Shown here: positions 1-10,500 of the stretch, piece after piece | Position numbering within the stretch: position 1 is the first letter of the stretch | Layout of the letters: each line of letters starts with the position of its first letter | Source of the DNA: Gammaproteobacteria bacterium | GTDB lineage: Bacteria > Pseudomonadota > Gammaproteobacteria > Eutrophobiales > Eutrophobiaceae | Length of the DNA: 64,000 nt | Assembly: GCA_965116495.1 (NCBI GenBank) | Contig: OZ220696.1 | Span: 448,001-512,000, forward strand | Direction: 5' to 3' | Made by a program: the position numbers and the translations under genes | The notes under the pieces: generated by a model | The model's input: only the letters and a program-made list of their open reading frames with translations | The model's database searches: none | Told to the model about the DNA's origin: nothing

Positions 1-2
1 TC

Positions 3-1466
3 ACGCTGCAGAATACCGCGTATTCCGTCAACATCAAGGAGCGCCTGGATTTTTCCTGCGCACTGTTCAACGCCGGGGGAAACCTGGTGGCCAATGCGCC
101 CCACATCCCTGTCCACCTGGGCTCGATGGGCGAATCCGTGAGGTCTGTAATCAACGCCAACAAGGGCAAAATCAAACCCGGCCATGTCTATGTGCTCAAT
201 GCCCCTTATGCCGGCGGCACCCACCTGCCTGATGTCACTGTAATTACGCCTGCGTTCGACGAGAAAGGTGAATCCATTCTTTTTTTCCTGGCTTCACGAG
301 GACACCATGCCGATATCGGTGGTCGCACCCCGGGCTCTGCGCCCCCGGACAGTACCCATATTGACGAGGAAGGCATACTCATTGATAACTTCCTGCTGGT
401 GGAGAACGACCGCTTGCGTGAGAAAGAAATCCGTAAACTGCTGGGTTCCGGCAGGTATCCCTGTAGAAACATCAACCAGAACCTGGCTGATTTGTCAGCG
501 CAAATCGCCGCCAACGAGACCGGTCTGCAGGAACTGCGAAAAATGGTTGTCCACTACGGCGCCGACGTGGTCAACGCGTATATGAAGCATGTTCAGGACA
601 ACGCCGAGGAGTCGGTGCGCAGGATCATGGACGTGTTGGATGACGGCGATTTTGAATATCCCATGGACGAGGGCAGCAGCATCAAGGTCAGGGTGTCGGT
701 CGATCGGGACAAACGTGAGGCAACCATCGACTTCACCGGCACGTCAATACAGAACCCGAACAATTACAACGCCCCGACTGCGGTGTGCAAGGCTGCGGTA
801 CTTTACGTCTTCCGCACCCTGGTCAACGATGAGATACCGTTGAATGAGGGCTGTCTCAAGCCCGTCAACCTGATATTGCCGGCGTGTTCGATGATCACGC
901 CGGAATATCCTGCGGCGGTGATGGCGGGCAATATAGAAGTATCCCAGGCGATAACCAATGCACTATACGGGGCGCTCGGTGTAATGGCGGCATCGCAAGG
1001 CACCATGAACAACATCTTCTACGGCAACGACCGCTACCAGAACTACGATACCGTCTGTGGCGGCACCGGCGCCGGTCCGGCTCATCCGGGAACCAGCGCC
1101 GTTCACAGTCACATGACCAACACCCGTATGACCGATCCCGAAGTGCTGGAATTACGTTTTCCCGTACTCGTGGATGAATTTTCCATTCGCCGGGGGTCAG
1201 GGGGCGCGGGAAAATGCCGCGGGGGCAGCGGCGTGGTGCGGAAATTGCGCTTCCTTGAACCCATGACAGCAACCGTGTTGAGCTCTCACCGGGTGGTACC
1301 TCCGTTTGGCCTGGCTGGGGGAGAACCGGGTCAATGCGGCAATAACTTCGTAATACGATCAGATGGCGATGTTGTACACCTTAAAGGTAATGATGAGGTA
1401 GAGGTGAACACCGGCGACACGTTCGTGATGGAAACACCCGGAGGAGGGGGGTTTGGCAAGGACTGA
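3..1466 (+). CDS. 5-oxoprolinase (ATP-hydrolysing)/hydantoinase B domain, C-terminal part; the gene starts before the window
   Basis: The frame is open from base 3 ([22 protein letters not shown]...[12 protein letters not shown]). Motifs [38 protein letters not shown] and ETPGGGGFG are typical of fused OplA-type enzymes. Confidence 0.92.
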   Translation, partial: TLQNTAYSVNIKERLDFSCALFNAGGNLVANAPHIPVHLGSMGESVRSVINANKGKIKPGHVYVLNAPYAGGTHLPDVTVITPAFDEKGESILFFLASRGHHADIGGRTPGSAPPDSTHIDEEGILIDNFLLVENDRLREKEIRKLLGSGRYPCRNINQNLADLSAQIAANETGLQELRKMVVHYGADVVNAYMKHVQDNAEESVRRIMDVLDDGDFEYPMDEGSSIKVRVSVDRDKREATIDFTGTSIQNPNNYNAPTAVCKAAVLYVFRTLVNDEIPLNEGCLKPVNLILPACSMITPEYPAAVMAGNIEVSQAITNALYGALGVMAASQGTMNNIFYGNDRYQNYDTVCGGTGAGPAHPGTSAVHSHMTNTRMTDPEVLELRFPVLVDEFSIRRGSGGAGKCRGGSGVVRKLRFLEPMTATVLSSHRVVPPFGLAGGEPGQCGNNFVIRSDGDVVHLKGNDEVEVNTGDTFVMETPGGGGFGKD

Positions 1467-1473
1467 GGTTGTT

Positions 1474-1612
1474 TTACGAAAACTCTTCGCGCAACTGTCC
1501 GGCTGCCTCGCACATTGCCTGCAACTTACCGTATGCAGACTCCCGTGACAGGTATTTCATGCCGCAGTCCGGCGCCAGTATGACGCGTTCCTTGCTTACA
1601 TGAGACAGAACC
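1474..1612 (-). pseudogene. C-terminal remnant of a cobalamin-independent methionine synthase (MetE-like) gene
   Basis: ERVILAPDCGMKYLSRESAYGKLQAMCEAA matches the PDCG...A.GKL..M C-terminus of the family. The upstream body is absent. Confidence 0.75.
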
Positions 1613-1721
1613 CGCTCTCTCCTGGTCATGGATAGCTGCCTGCAATCGTACATGGAAACAAAGGAAGTCTCATATCCCGTATAATATACAATATACGGAC
1701 TCAAATTAACGGATATCAGCC

Positions 1722-2846
1722 ATGCCTATACATACTACGTTAAACAAGTTTGACCAGGTTCGCCGCAGGTTGTTGACCGCACTGACCGGAGGAGCGCTTA
1801 CCGGGGTGTCAGCCCTTGCCGTCAAACAGGCTGCAGCAGCCACCGGCGCGGTGGAGTCACCGGGACTGCCCGCCAACGCGCTTGCGGACCTGGACAGGAA
1901 GGGGATGCAGTTGATCATCACCGGTTCGGGATCGGCGTTGCCGGACCCGCTGCGGGGCGGCGCCAGTTGCGCGGTCGTGGTAGACGGTACGGTGCTGCAG
2001 TTCGATTGCGGCCGCCGCGTACTTGAGAACCTGATGCTGGTCGGGATTAACCCCATGAAAATAGACCACATGTTCTTTACCCACATGCACTTTGACCATA
2101 TCGCCGATTACGACTATTACGCGATAACCAACTGGATTGCCGGCAGGCAGGAGATGGTCCATGTGTATGGTCCCGCGGGAACGGAACGGATGTCTGAGGG
2201 CGCCATCCAGTACATGCACGCCATGAACGTTGATTTCATAGGCACCATCCTGAAGCACTGGCCGCCCCATATGGCCAGGCGCCCGCGCAGTACGCCCCCC
2301 TACGAAGTGCATGATATCGGGCCGGGGACTGTGTTGGAGACTGATAGCTTCAAGGTATCCTGTCGCGAGACAAAACACCTTCCCGACCCCAGTGTGAAAA
2401 GTCTGGGGTACCGCGTTGACTCCGACTATGGTTCCGTCGCCATCAGTGGCGATACGGCCGTGTCCGAAGGAATGAAAATCCTTGCAAAGGACGTGGACAT
2501 ACTGGTACACGAGTGCGTCAAGCCGGACCTGGGCATGACGCCCGGCGGCAAGTTCAGCCTCAAGGACTTCCATAAGGAGGAGTTGATGGAAGAACGTCCC
2601 CAGACCGGTCATACCAGCCCGTCTCAGTTAGGCCGGTTGGCCAGCGAGGTAAACGCGAAGAAACTGGTAGCGTATCACCTTGCGCCCTACACCAGCGTCC
2701 CGGCGGCGATCGAAATGTCCAGCATGTATCTCGGCCCGAGCCCGGGGCACTCAATCTGGGGCAAGTTTGTTCATGCCATGAAACAGCAGTATGACGGCCC
2801 GGTGATCCTCGCTGAAGACCGGATGATATTTGACCTGGACAAATAA
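1722..2846 (+). CDS. Tat-exported MBL-fold metallo-hydrolase (RNase Z/arylsulfatase-like)
   Basis: RRRLL twin-arginine signal; GSGS.LP, FDCG, HMHFDH (HxHxDH), SGDT, HE, GHT and AED motifs. Confidence 0.85.
   Translation: MPIHTTLNKFDQVRRRLLTALTGGALTGVSALAVKQAAAATGAVESPGLPANALADLDRKGMQLIITGSGSALPDPLRGGASCAVVVDGTVLQFDCGRRVLENLMLVGINPMKIDHMFFTHMHFDHIADYDYYAITNWIAGRQEMVHVYGPAGTERMSEGAIQYMHAMNVDFIGTILKHWPPHMARRPRSTPPYEVHDIGPGTVLETDSFKVSCRETKHLPDPSVKSLGYRVDSDYGSVAISGDTAVSEGMKILAKDVDILVHECVKPDLGMTPGGKFSLKDFHKEELMEERPQTGHTSPSQLGRLASEVNAKKLVAYHLAPYTSVPAAIEMSSMYLGPSPGHSIWGKFVHAMKQQYDGPVILAEDRMIFDLDK
2773..2831 (+). repeat. 59-bp direct repeat, copy 1 (3' end of the MBL hydrolase gene)
   Basis: atgccatgaaacagcagtatgacggcccggtgatcctcgctgaagaccggatgatattt; recurs at 4185-4243 with one mismatch. 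Confidence 0.95.
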
Positions 2847-2893
2847 TATCAATGAAACTCTGAACAAGTCCGCGCGGGACTTGTCAAAGCACG

Positions 2894-2922
2894 GGAAACC
2901 CTGACTTAGTCTCAGGGTTTCC
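2894..2922. repeat. Short inverted repeat, possibly fused IS-like ends or a terminator
   Basis: ggaaaccctga-cttagtc-tcagggtttcc followed by ttaa; a similar element lies at 51266-51298. Confidence 0.6.
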
Positions 2923-3048
2923 TTAAATACTTTTGAAGCATGAGTTATGCTGTAGCGCGCCTTAACAAACTCCAAAATATTTATAATATTGGAATATGTA
3001 ATTCCAGTATTTATTGAATAATGGAATTTAAAGTACTATAATACAGGC

Positions 3049-4182
3049 ATGTATCCGAGAATTTTCATTCCTCCGAAGCAACAAAGCTACTTTCTTTTCG
3101 GACCGAGGGGCACCGGAAAGAGTGTCTTTGCAGGGCATTTCTACAGGCAAGGACTATTTTTCGACCTCCTGGACTCACAAATCTACAATGAATTCATGGC
3201 TGAACCGGGAAGGTTATCCCGCAGAATACCGGAAGGATTCGACGACTGGATTATTATCGATGAAGTGCAAAAGGTTCCCGCGTTACTGAACGAGGTACAT
3301 CGCCTGATTGAAAGCCGGCGTATTCGCTTTGTGCTTACCGGGTCGAGCGCGCGCCGCTTACGCAGGGATAATGTCAATCTGCTTGCAGGACGGGCTCTGA
3401 CCTGTCGTATGCACCCATTGACCGCCACGGAACTGGGCGCGGATTTCAACCTGGCGCGTGCGCTGAAATATGGACACTTGCCCATGGCCTGCACGTCCAC
3501 TGACCCGGAAATGTTCCTGCAAAGTTATGTGCGGACTTACCTGCAGGAAGAAATACAACTGGAAGGACTGACGCGTAACCTCCCTGCGTTTAGCCGGTTT
3601 CTGGAAGCGGCGTCTTTTTCTCAGGGTTCGCCGCTGAACATATCGGCCATAGCCAGAGATTGCGCGGTAAACCGCAAGGTCGTGGAAAACTATTTCTCAA
3701 TCCTGAGAGACACCCTGGTATCGTATGAAATTCCGGTATTCGCCAAAAGGGCGAAGCGTAGTGTAATTCTGAGCGTCAAGTTCTATTTTTTCGATGCGGG
3801 CGTTTTCCGCGTATTGCGGCCTGCGGGTCCCTACGACTCGGATGCTGAAGCTGAAGGCGCGGCCTTGGAGACGCTGGTTCTGCAGGAAATTGCCGCTCGA
3901 AATGATTACCGGCATTGGAATTACGGTATACATTACTGGCGCACCCGGCAGGGGGCGGAGGTTGACTTTGTGCTTTATGGAGCGCGCGGCTTCAAGGCAA
4001 TTGAGGTAAAGCACTCAGATCGCATCCGACGGGAAGATTTCAAGGGTCTCAAGCAGTTCAAGGAAGAATACCCTGAAGCGGAATTGATTTTCGTCTACTC
4101 AGGGGATCGGCGCTTCCATGAAGGAGGAATAGAGGTTGTTCCTGTGGAAATGTTTTTGGGAGAATTGGATGAATATATTTGA
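3049..4182 (+). CDS. AAA+ ATPase (AAA_14 plus DUF4143-type C-terminus with a PD-(D/E)xK-like motif)
   Basis: Walker A GPRGTGKS, Walker B IIIDEVQK, LTGSS, LAGR, KFYFFDAG, YWRT...EVDF...AIEVK. Confidence 0.9.
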   Translation: MYPRIFIPPKQQSYFLFGPRGTGKSVFAGHFYRQGLFFDLLDSQIYNEFMAEPGRLSRRIPEGFDDWIIIDEVQKVPALLNEVHRLIESRRIRFVLTGSSARRLRRDNVNLLAGRALTCRMHPLTATELGADFNLARALKYGHLPMACTSTDPEMFLQSYVRTYLQEEIQLEGLTRNLPAFSRFLEAASFSQGSPLNISAIARDCAVNRKVVENYFSILRDTLVSYEIPVFAKRAKRSVILSVKFYFFDAGVFRVLRPAGPYDSDAEAEGAALETLVLQEIAARNDYRHWNYGIHYWRTRQGAEVDFVLYGARGFKAIEVKHSDRIRREDFKGLKQFKEEYPEAELIFVYSGDRRFHEGGIEVVPVEMFLGELDEYI

Positions 4183-4184
4183 GT

Positions 4185-4243
4185 ATGCCATGCAACAGCA
4201 GTATGACGGCCCGGTGATCCTCGCTGAAGACCGGATGATATTT
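4185..4243 (+). repeat. 59-bp direct repeat, copy 2 (displaced 3' end of the MBL hydrolase gene)
   Basis: 58/59 identical to 2773-2831; begins 2 bp after the ATPase stop codon. Confidence 0.95.
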
Positions 4244-4260
4244 AGCCCGTGATGCTCTGT

Positions 4261-4425
4261 TTATTCCGGGCTGAGTATCATGTTGATGGCCTGCTTGCAT
4301 AGCCGGCTGTTTTCGTCCGCCAGCAACAGGGCCGTATCAGCATGGTCTTCACCCTCAAGCAACAGGTAGTGGGCGTCCACGCCCGCGGCTTTTAAGGCAT
4401 CGGCAAAATCCATGGGTTGCCCGGT
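4261..4425 (-). pseudogene. C-terminal remnant of an alpha/beta hydrolase (esterase/arylformamidase-like)
   Basis: The minus strand reads MDFADALKAAGVDAHYLLLEGEDHADTALLLADENSRLCKQAINMILSPE*, which includes the catalytic-His region (G.DH). No N-terminal part is present. Confidence 0.55.
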
Positions 4426-4588
4426 TCCATGCCCAGTTTCTTTTCTTTACTGGAAGTCGACGTCGTGTGATTTTGTTACATGTAGTTCGTGGTATGGGAT
4501 AAGCGGGAAATCAGGAATATGACAGGTTGTGCTGTCGTACCTATAATATGGAAATATAATCGATCACGGTTAACTAGGTGAACCCCAT

Positions 4589-4675
4589 ATGACAGAGCTT
4601 GCCGGAAGCACAAATGAATGGCAACAGGCCGCTCTCGACAATTACCTTCACCCGTTTACGGATTACAAGACACTG
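4589..4675 (+). pseudogene. N-terminal remnant of a class III aminotransferase (SpuC-like)
   Basis: MTELAGSTNEWQQAALDNYLHPFTDYKTL resembles the W(Q)...LHPFTD start of putrescine:pyruvate aminotransferases. It is truncated shortly before the IS. Confidence 0.65.
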
Positions 4676-4730
4676 TTGCCCTGCACGGATTTGAGAAGGT
4701 TATCCCGGGGTAAATCTTCAACTGTCTTAA

Positions 4731-6817
4731 CCCAAGTTTACCAATCTAAAAAATAAATCGTTATATGTCAATGGGTTAGATTGACATAATTCCGCTTATG
4801 GCACTACATTCGCGCCATGTTGCGGACGCTGTACTCAGACGATCTCTTTCTGCGTACCGCCGGGTGGTCCACGAATTCCCAAGGCGTCCAGGATGGCCTG
4901 TTGCGGCGGTTCCGGACGGGTGGCCTTGCGCACGTGCACGGTACGTCCGTCTTTGCGCCGGACCGTGGCGGTCACCCGCTGACGGGCGCCGAGGATGCGC
5001 CGCAGCGTGGTCCAACTTGCGTTGCGGCAGGATTCATCGCCGTGCGCGGCCAGACGACGGCGGACCACCTGGACCAGTTGGTAGGCGATGACGGTGATGA
5101 ACAGGTGGCCCTCGGCGCGTCGGGGCGTGCGGTGATAGATGGGGCGCAATCCCAGCTCGGATTTCAAGGCGCGGAACACTGCTTCGATGTCGGTGAGCAG
5201 GGTGTAGGTCTGCCACAGCCGCGCCTCATCCCAGTCGGTGAGGTTGCTGCGCAGGCAATAGATGCCGGGGTGGGTGAGCATCGAGCCGGTGACCGGCTGG
5301 CGCTGCCAGCGTACGGCCACGGCCCGTTGGCCCTTGGCATCGGTGTCGACCTCGATGGTATAGTGCTGGCCGATGCCGTGGCTGCGGGCTTTCAAGCGTC
5401 CGATACGTTCCCGGACGTAGCCTGGCTGCTTGCGCGTACGCGGCCGGGACAGGCCCTCGTGCAGCGCGCTGAGGCCCTGCTCAAAGCGCGCCATGAAGCG
5501 TTCGGCGATGGCGCGCTCTTTCTCGGCCCGCGCCGCCGAGTAACAGTACAGGCGCACCTCACCGGCCTTGGCATCGGCCACCTGCTCCAGTTGGACCGTC
5601 TCGCCCCCACGGGTACGATGGGCCAGGGCGGCGTCCACGTCGAACCGGCGCTGTTGTTCCCGGCTCACCACGATGTAACGGTAGTCGTTATCCTTGAGCC
5701 AGGTGACCTGCGCCTCGGTGGCGATGCCCCGGTCGAGAATGACCAAGGCCCCCGGCGGGGTCTTGAGCGCCTCCAGCATCCCGGCCAGGGTGGTCTCCTC
5801 GCGCACGTTGCCGGCAAACACCCGTGAACGGCGCACGAAGCCGCTCGCATCGAGCACCAGCCCCAGGGTGAGCAGCTTGCAGTCGCTGCGTTTCTCTTTC
5901 GAATGGCCGCGCTGCGCCAGCGGCTGCCCGTGGGCCTCGCCCTCGTAGTAGGTGTTGGTCAGGTCATACAGGGTGACCGTCGGCGCCAGGTCAAACAAGT
6001 CCATGGCCTGCGCGAACAGGTGTGTCTCAATGACCGCACGGTGTTTGAGCAGCGCATCGGAAGCCCGGTACAACTGCATGGCGCCCATGCGTTCGAAGTT
6101 CACGTCCAGCAACTCGCCCAGGGCACTGCGCTCGCATAACCAGGCATGGGTGGCCCGCTCCGAGGCCGGGCACGCCAGCCGGCCCACGATGGAGCCGATG
6201 GTGGCGGCGCGCAGGGATGCATTGACGCCCTGTGCCGCGAGTAACTCGTCCAGCCCCACCTGTGCCAGGGCCCACAACCCCACCTGCTCCACGCCCACGC
6301 TGCGCGGGCGGGTCAAGGCCAGCGAGTCCAGATCGACTGCCATCCACGCCGGCGCCGTTCCCGTCTCGTCCGGTCGAGACCGGGCCAGCAGTTGGGCGCT
6401 AATCTGTTGTGCCGCACTCTCCACGCCGGCGGGCAGGCTCGCCAGCAGCGACGTCTGGCCCTGGCGCAACGCCTCAATACGTTGGCACAGGGTCGGCCAG
6501 TGTTGTTTATCGATAGCAAACTCGCTGCCGAGGTTCAGCAGGGTGCGTTGGCGCACCTTGGTGCCCGCGCGCTCACTGTGCACCAGGCGGTGGGAGTAAT
6601 AGGCCTGGCCGTCGGTACGGCGGGTGAGGGTACGGCGGATGAACATAGGGGGAGAGGATACCGCTCTACCACACCGATGTCAATATAAATATTCATATTA
6701 TGGCACTACAATGGCCAGACAACCCGTCACTCACCAAAAATCAATGCGTTACGATGACGAACCCGGCAGAAAATAGCAACATCCAACTAAATGCCAGTGA
6801 ATCTTGGTAAACTTGGG
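4731..6817 (-). mobile_element. IS1634-family insertion sequence with 14-bp terminal inverted repeats and TTAA flanks
   Basis: TIRs cccaagtttaccaa (4731-4744) and ttggtaaacttggg (6804-6817); ttaa at 4727-4730 and 6818-6821; internal direct repeat ttatggcactaca at 4796-4808 and 6698-6710. Confidence 0.9.
4835..6646 (-). CDS. IS1634-family DDE transposase
   Basis: KVRQRTLLNLG, YDLTNTYYEG, RGHSKEKRSDC, ILDRGI, IEAVFRALKSELGLRPIYH. Confidence 0.92.
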   Translation of the reverse strand: MFIRRTLTRRTDGQAYYSHRLVHSERAGTKVRQRTLLNLGSEFAIDKQHWPTLCQRIEALRQGQTSLLASLPAGVESAAQQISAQLLARSRPDETGTAPAWMAVDLDSLALTRPRSVGVEQVGLWALAQVGLDELLAAQGVNASLRAATIGSIVGRLACPASERATHAWLCERSALGELLDVNFERMGAMQLYRASDALLKHRAVIETHLFAQAMDLFDLAPTVTLYDLTNTYYEGEAHGQPLAQRGHSKEKRSDCKLLTLGLVLDASGFVRRSRVFAGNVREETTLAGMLEALKTPPGALVILDRGIATEAQVTWLKDNDYRYIVVSREQQRRFDVDAALAHRTRGGETVQLEQVADAKAGEVRLYCYSAARAEKERAIAERFMARFEQGLSALHEGLSRPRTRKQPGYVRERIGRLKARSHGIGQHYTIEVDTDAKGQRAVAVRWQRQPVTGSMLTHPGIYCLRSNLTDWDEARLWQTYTLLTDIEAVFRALKSELGLRPIYHRTPRRAEGHLFITVIAYQLVQVVRRRLAAHGDESCRNASWTTLRRILGARQRVTATVRRKDGRTVHVRKATRPEPPQQAILDALGIRGPPGGTQKEIV

Positions 6818-6837
6818 TTAATGGGAGCAAACTCAAA

Positions 6838-7470
6838 ATGAGAATTAGTGTTGACTGGCAACGACAAGACGAAATCCTGATCGCTACGCTCATCGGTCGC
6901 GTGGACAGTACCAACGCTGATGAATTTCAAAAGATGATGGAGGCTGAAATTGCCCCCAAAGACAGGGTGTTAATCATGGATTTTGAACAAGTCTCCTACA
7001 TCAGCAGCGCCGGCCTGCGTGTCATGGTGATAATGGCCAAGAAATTCAAGGGGCCGTACAAGCGATTTGGCGTTTGTGCGCTGTCAGACCCGATCAGGAA
7101 GATTTTCAAAATGAGCGGGCTGGAACGAGCCATCCCGGTTATCGGCACACGGACTGATGCGATAGCCGAATTGGAGCAGGACGAGGTAGAGGAAGTAAAA
7201 AAGAAAGAAGTTAAAATCGAGGTTAAGGAAGCAGTCGATTACGTAATCGTGAGGGACAACATCGAGGACATTACCAATTTTACCCTTGAGAAGTATGAAT
7301 TCACCAATGACACAGTCCTCTCTGACGAGATACGTCGTGTTGCAACCACCAGGATAAAAACCGTGTTATGGCAGGAGATTGAGCGATTGAGACACCACCG
7401 CAAGATGTTGCTGGAAAAGATGTTCAAGGATGCGGAAAAGACGCTGGATGATATCGTTGCCGGAAACTAA
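6838..7470 (+). CDS. STAS-domain (anti-sigma-factor antagonist-like) protein with a charged helical C-terminal extension
   Basis: GRVDSTNA, DFEQVSYISSAGLRV, FKMSGL; about 100 further residues are unrecognised. Confidence 0.82.
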   Translation: MRISVDWQRQDEILIATLIGRVDSTNADEFQKMMEAEIAPKDRVLIMDFEQVSYISSAGLRVMVIMAKKFKGPYKRFGVCALSDPIRKIFKMSGLERAIPVIGTRTDAIAELEQDEVEEVKKKEVKIEVKEAVDYVIVRDNIEDITNFTLEKYEFTNDTVLSDEIRRVATTRIKTVLWQEIERLRHHRKMLLEKMFKDAEKTLDDIVAGN

Positions 7471-7542
7471 TAATACGGCTCAGGGTGCTGCTGGAGTTCC
7501 GCAATTTATGGCTGTCCCAAATTAGAATATGTGGTTGTCCTG

Positions 7543-10500
7543 CTAAAAAGCGTAAGTGAAACCCAGCTTGAGGATACGTCCCAGGGGGTTGTGGGTAAAT
7601 GCGTCATAGTTCAGGTCTTCACCGGCGTAGGGCGGGTCTTCATCGGTGAAGTTGAGTAGCGTTGCCCACAGGCTCAATTTGTCTCCCTTCGCGGCCCAGT
7701 GGAGATGCAGGTCATGGGTGAGGTGGGAGTCGATCCTGATGTTGTCCTCTACGTTGTCATAACTGTTGACGAATTTTGCCCCGTAACGCAGGTTGAAATC
7801 CCGCCAGGCGTAGTTGGCGTGCCACAGGACTTTCCACTCCGTCAGGGTTCGCGCCAGGGGAGTTTCATAGTTCAGCCGCCCCAGTGCGTTATAGGCGGCG
7901 CCAAGTTCCCATGAATCGATGTCGAATGACAGGATACGGGTGCCGGAAAGGCTGAACTCCATATCACCGGACCCCACAGGGAAACGGTAACGGCCGCTGA
8001 AATCGATACCGTCCGTCTCTATGTCGGGGCCGTTGACGATATTGACTTCGATGGCTTGCAGGTCTGCCAGGCTGGTGGCCTTGCCGAAACGGACGCGATT
8101 CAGGTAGGAAGGGTCCCCCGCGGCGCAATTCCCGACTGGACAGGCCAAGGCCAGCACCCGGGGGAATGGCTCAACCACCAGGGGATCGGAGAACCGGTAC
8201 GACCAGTAATCCAGTGACAGGTTGAGGCCGTCGTTGTCGGCCAGCAGGTCGGCGCGGTCAAGTAACAGTCCCACGTTGAAGGTGACGGCCGATTCCGGAG
8301 CCAGGTCCGGGTTGCCCTTGATGATAAGGCTTTTGAATGCCCCGGTCGCGGCCACATAGCGGAGTGAATGTATGGAATTTCCGCTGACGGTCTGGTTCAG
8401 TGTCGGTCCGCGGAAAGCAGTGCTGACGGAACCCCGCAGCACCAGGTTGTCCGACATATGCCAGTGCAGGGCGACTTTCGGGTCCAGGCTGGAGCCGGTG
8501 CCGGCACCGTAATCTTCATAGCGTAGCGAGATCTGCGTATCTATGTCGTAGCCCAGCGGTACATGCAGTTCGCCGAAGGCCGAATAGATATCGCGGTTTT
8601 CATCAACGGTAAAATGCGGCGGCAGGTACCCGAACAGCCCGCTGCGTTCCACTTCGGGACAGTCGGTAATACCCGGACCGGCCGGGCAGGGATTGGCATT
8701 GCCGTCATTCAAGGCGCCCGGTACGGGTCCGTTTTTAAAGTTCTCCCTGCGCCACTGTGCACCCAACGCAAAGGCAATATCGTTTCCCAGGAGCTGAAAC
8801 GGTGCGTTGCCGCTGACGATGCCTTCAAGCACGAGCAATGACGTCCTGCCCCTGATGACACGATCTGTAAGCAGGTAGTCGAACAGCCGCCGGTTGTCCA
8901 GGTCCGGGTTGAAGTCAGGGTTTTCATAATAAACCGCTTCCGGCACCTGGGGATGAGCGCCGTACATGCCGTTGGAAAATGGGCTCCAGTACATACAGTT
9001 CCCCTTGCCCGCGTGCTGTTGCAGGGTCTCGATATCGAAGTCGAGCCTGCCGTCGACATACCGGTTCGGCACATCCTGCTCACATTCGTTCCCCCCCAGG
9101 CCCTGCAACGCGCGTTTGTCTCGGTAACTCATGACGTCCGCCTTGTTGATCCGGCGGGAAGATGAGGACCAGGTCGCGGAGGTGGTGAAATCCAGGTCCC
9201 CGAGTTGTCCGTCAAGGCCCACTGCCCAGCGGGCCAGCCTTGATTTCACCGGTTCGGCACGCAACGGGCCGTCCTGACCGAAAGAGCGGCCGAGTACCCA
9301 GCCCACGTTGTCCCAGGCATCTCCGGACCAGTTGCAACGGGTCTTGTCGTCACAGAAGGCATACGGGCCGTAAGTTTCCGGGTATTTCATGGCCATATCG
9401 ACCAGTGCCGGGTTGTTGGCCCGCAGCGAACGCTCCGGGTCTATCACGCTGTTTGGCGGATATGAGGGCGAAGTATTCCAGTCCGGCACGCTGCTTTCGC
9501 TGTACAGGAATTCAGTGCTGAGGGTCACGGAGTCACTCAGGTTCCAGGATGCCTCGGTAAAGCTCTGCCAGCGCCGGGTTTTCTCGACCAGGTTGTCGAA
9601 GGGGGTATATTGGAAGCGGCAACGTTTATTGCTGCTGGTCGGCGCCCCACCCAGGGCAGCGCAATTTGGATCGATAATGCCATTCGTATTCACGTCTGTA
9701 GTGCTGCCGGGTATGAACGTGGCAGGCCGCCCGGTTGATGACCAGCCTCCTTTCGGGTTTTCCGCGTAAGGCAGGATGGCCCAGTTGCGCCGGTATATCT
9801 CGAGTTCACTGCGCTGTATCCCGCTTGCAGAGGTGGTGAGATGCCCTCTGCCGTCTGCGAAACCCATACCGCCGATGAAGCCGACTTCGGTATCGCCCCC
9901 GGAACCCCGTATCACCTTATGATTGGCGCTGATTTCAATGCCGCTAAAATCACTGCGGGTCTTAAAGTTCATGACACCGGCTATCGCATCGGACCCATAA
10001 CTGGCTGCCGCGCCGTCGCGCAGGAAATCAATATTTTCCAGGGCGATAAACGGCAGCATGTTGACGTCCACCAGCAGTTGCGTGTCCGCGCCGATGGGTA
10101 TGGGTGACCAGGTGGTGCGGCGCCCGTTGATGAGTACCAGCGAGCGGCTGGGGCCCAGGCCGCGAATATTGATAGTTGCCCGGTCCGGTCCCACCCCGGA
10201 ACCGCCACCACCACCCTGGAATCGGTCCGATTCACCGTCCGCGCCCTGACTGAACGGCAGGTTAAGGATCACATCCAGGACATTGGGCGACCCCTGGTAG
10301 CGTAATTCCTCCCGATCGATGTTTGTGACCGGGCTCAAAGCCTCTTCCGGGTCCATCTTGATATGGGAACCTATTACAACAATCTCTTCGACAACTTCTC
10401 TCGCTTTATCCTGTGCTTGCGCCGGTGATATGCACATCAATATGACGCAGAGCGCGAGAATCCGGCATGTGTTGCCCTGTCTTGAAGTGGGAAAAAGCGA

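Noticed and set aside
2773-4243. Diversity-generating retroelement TR/VR pair
   Set aside because: Only one mismatch, short length and no reverse transcriptase in the window.
4817-5827. 336-aa ORF, and similar long antisense ORFs such as 15723-16577, 41834-42754 and 46216-47232
   Set aside because: Shadows of well-supported opposite-strand genes in GC-rich DNA; no motifs.
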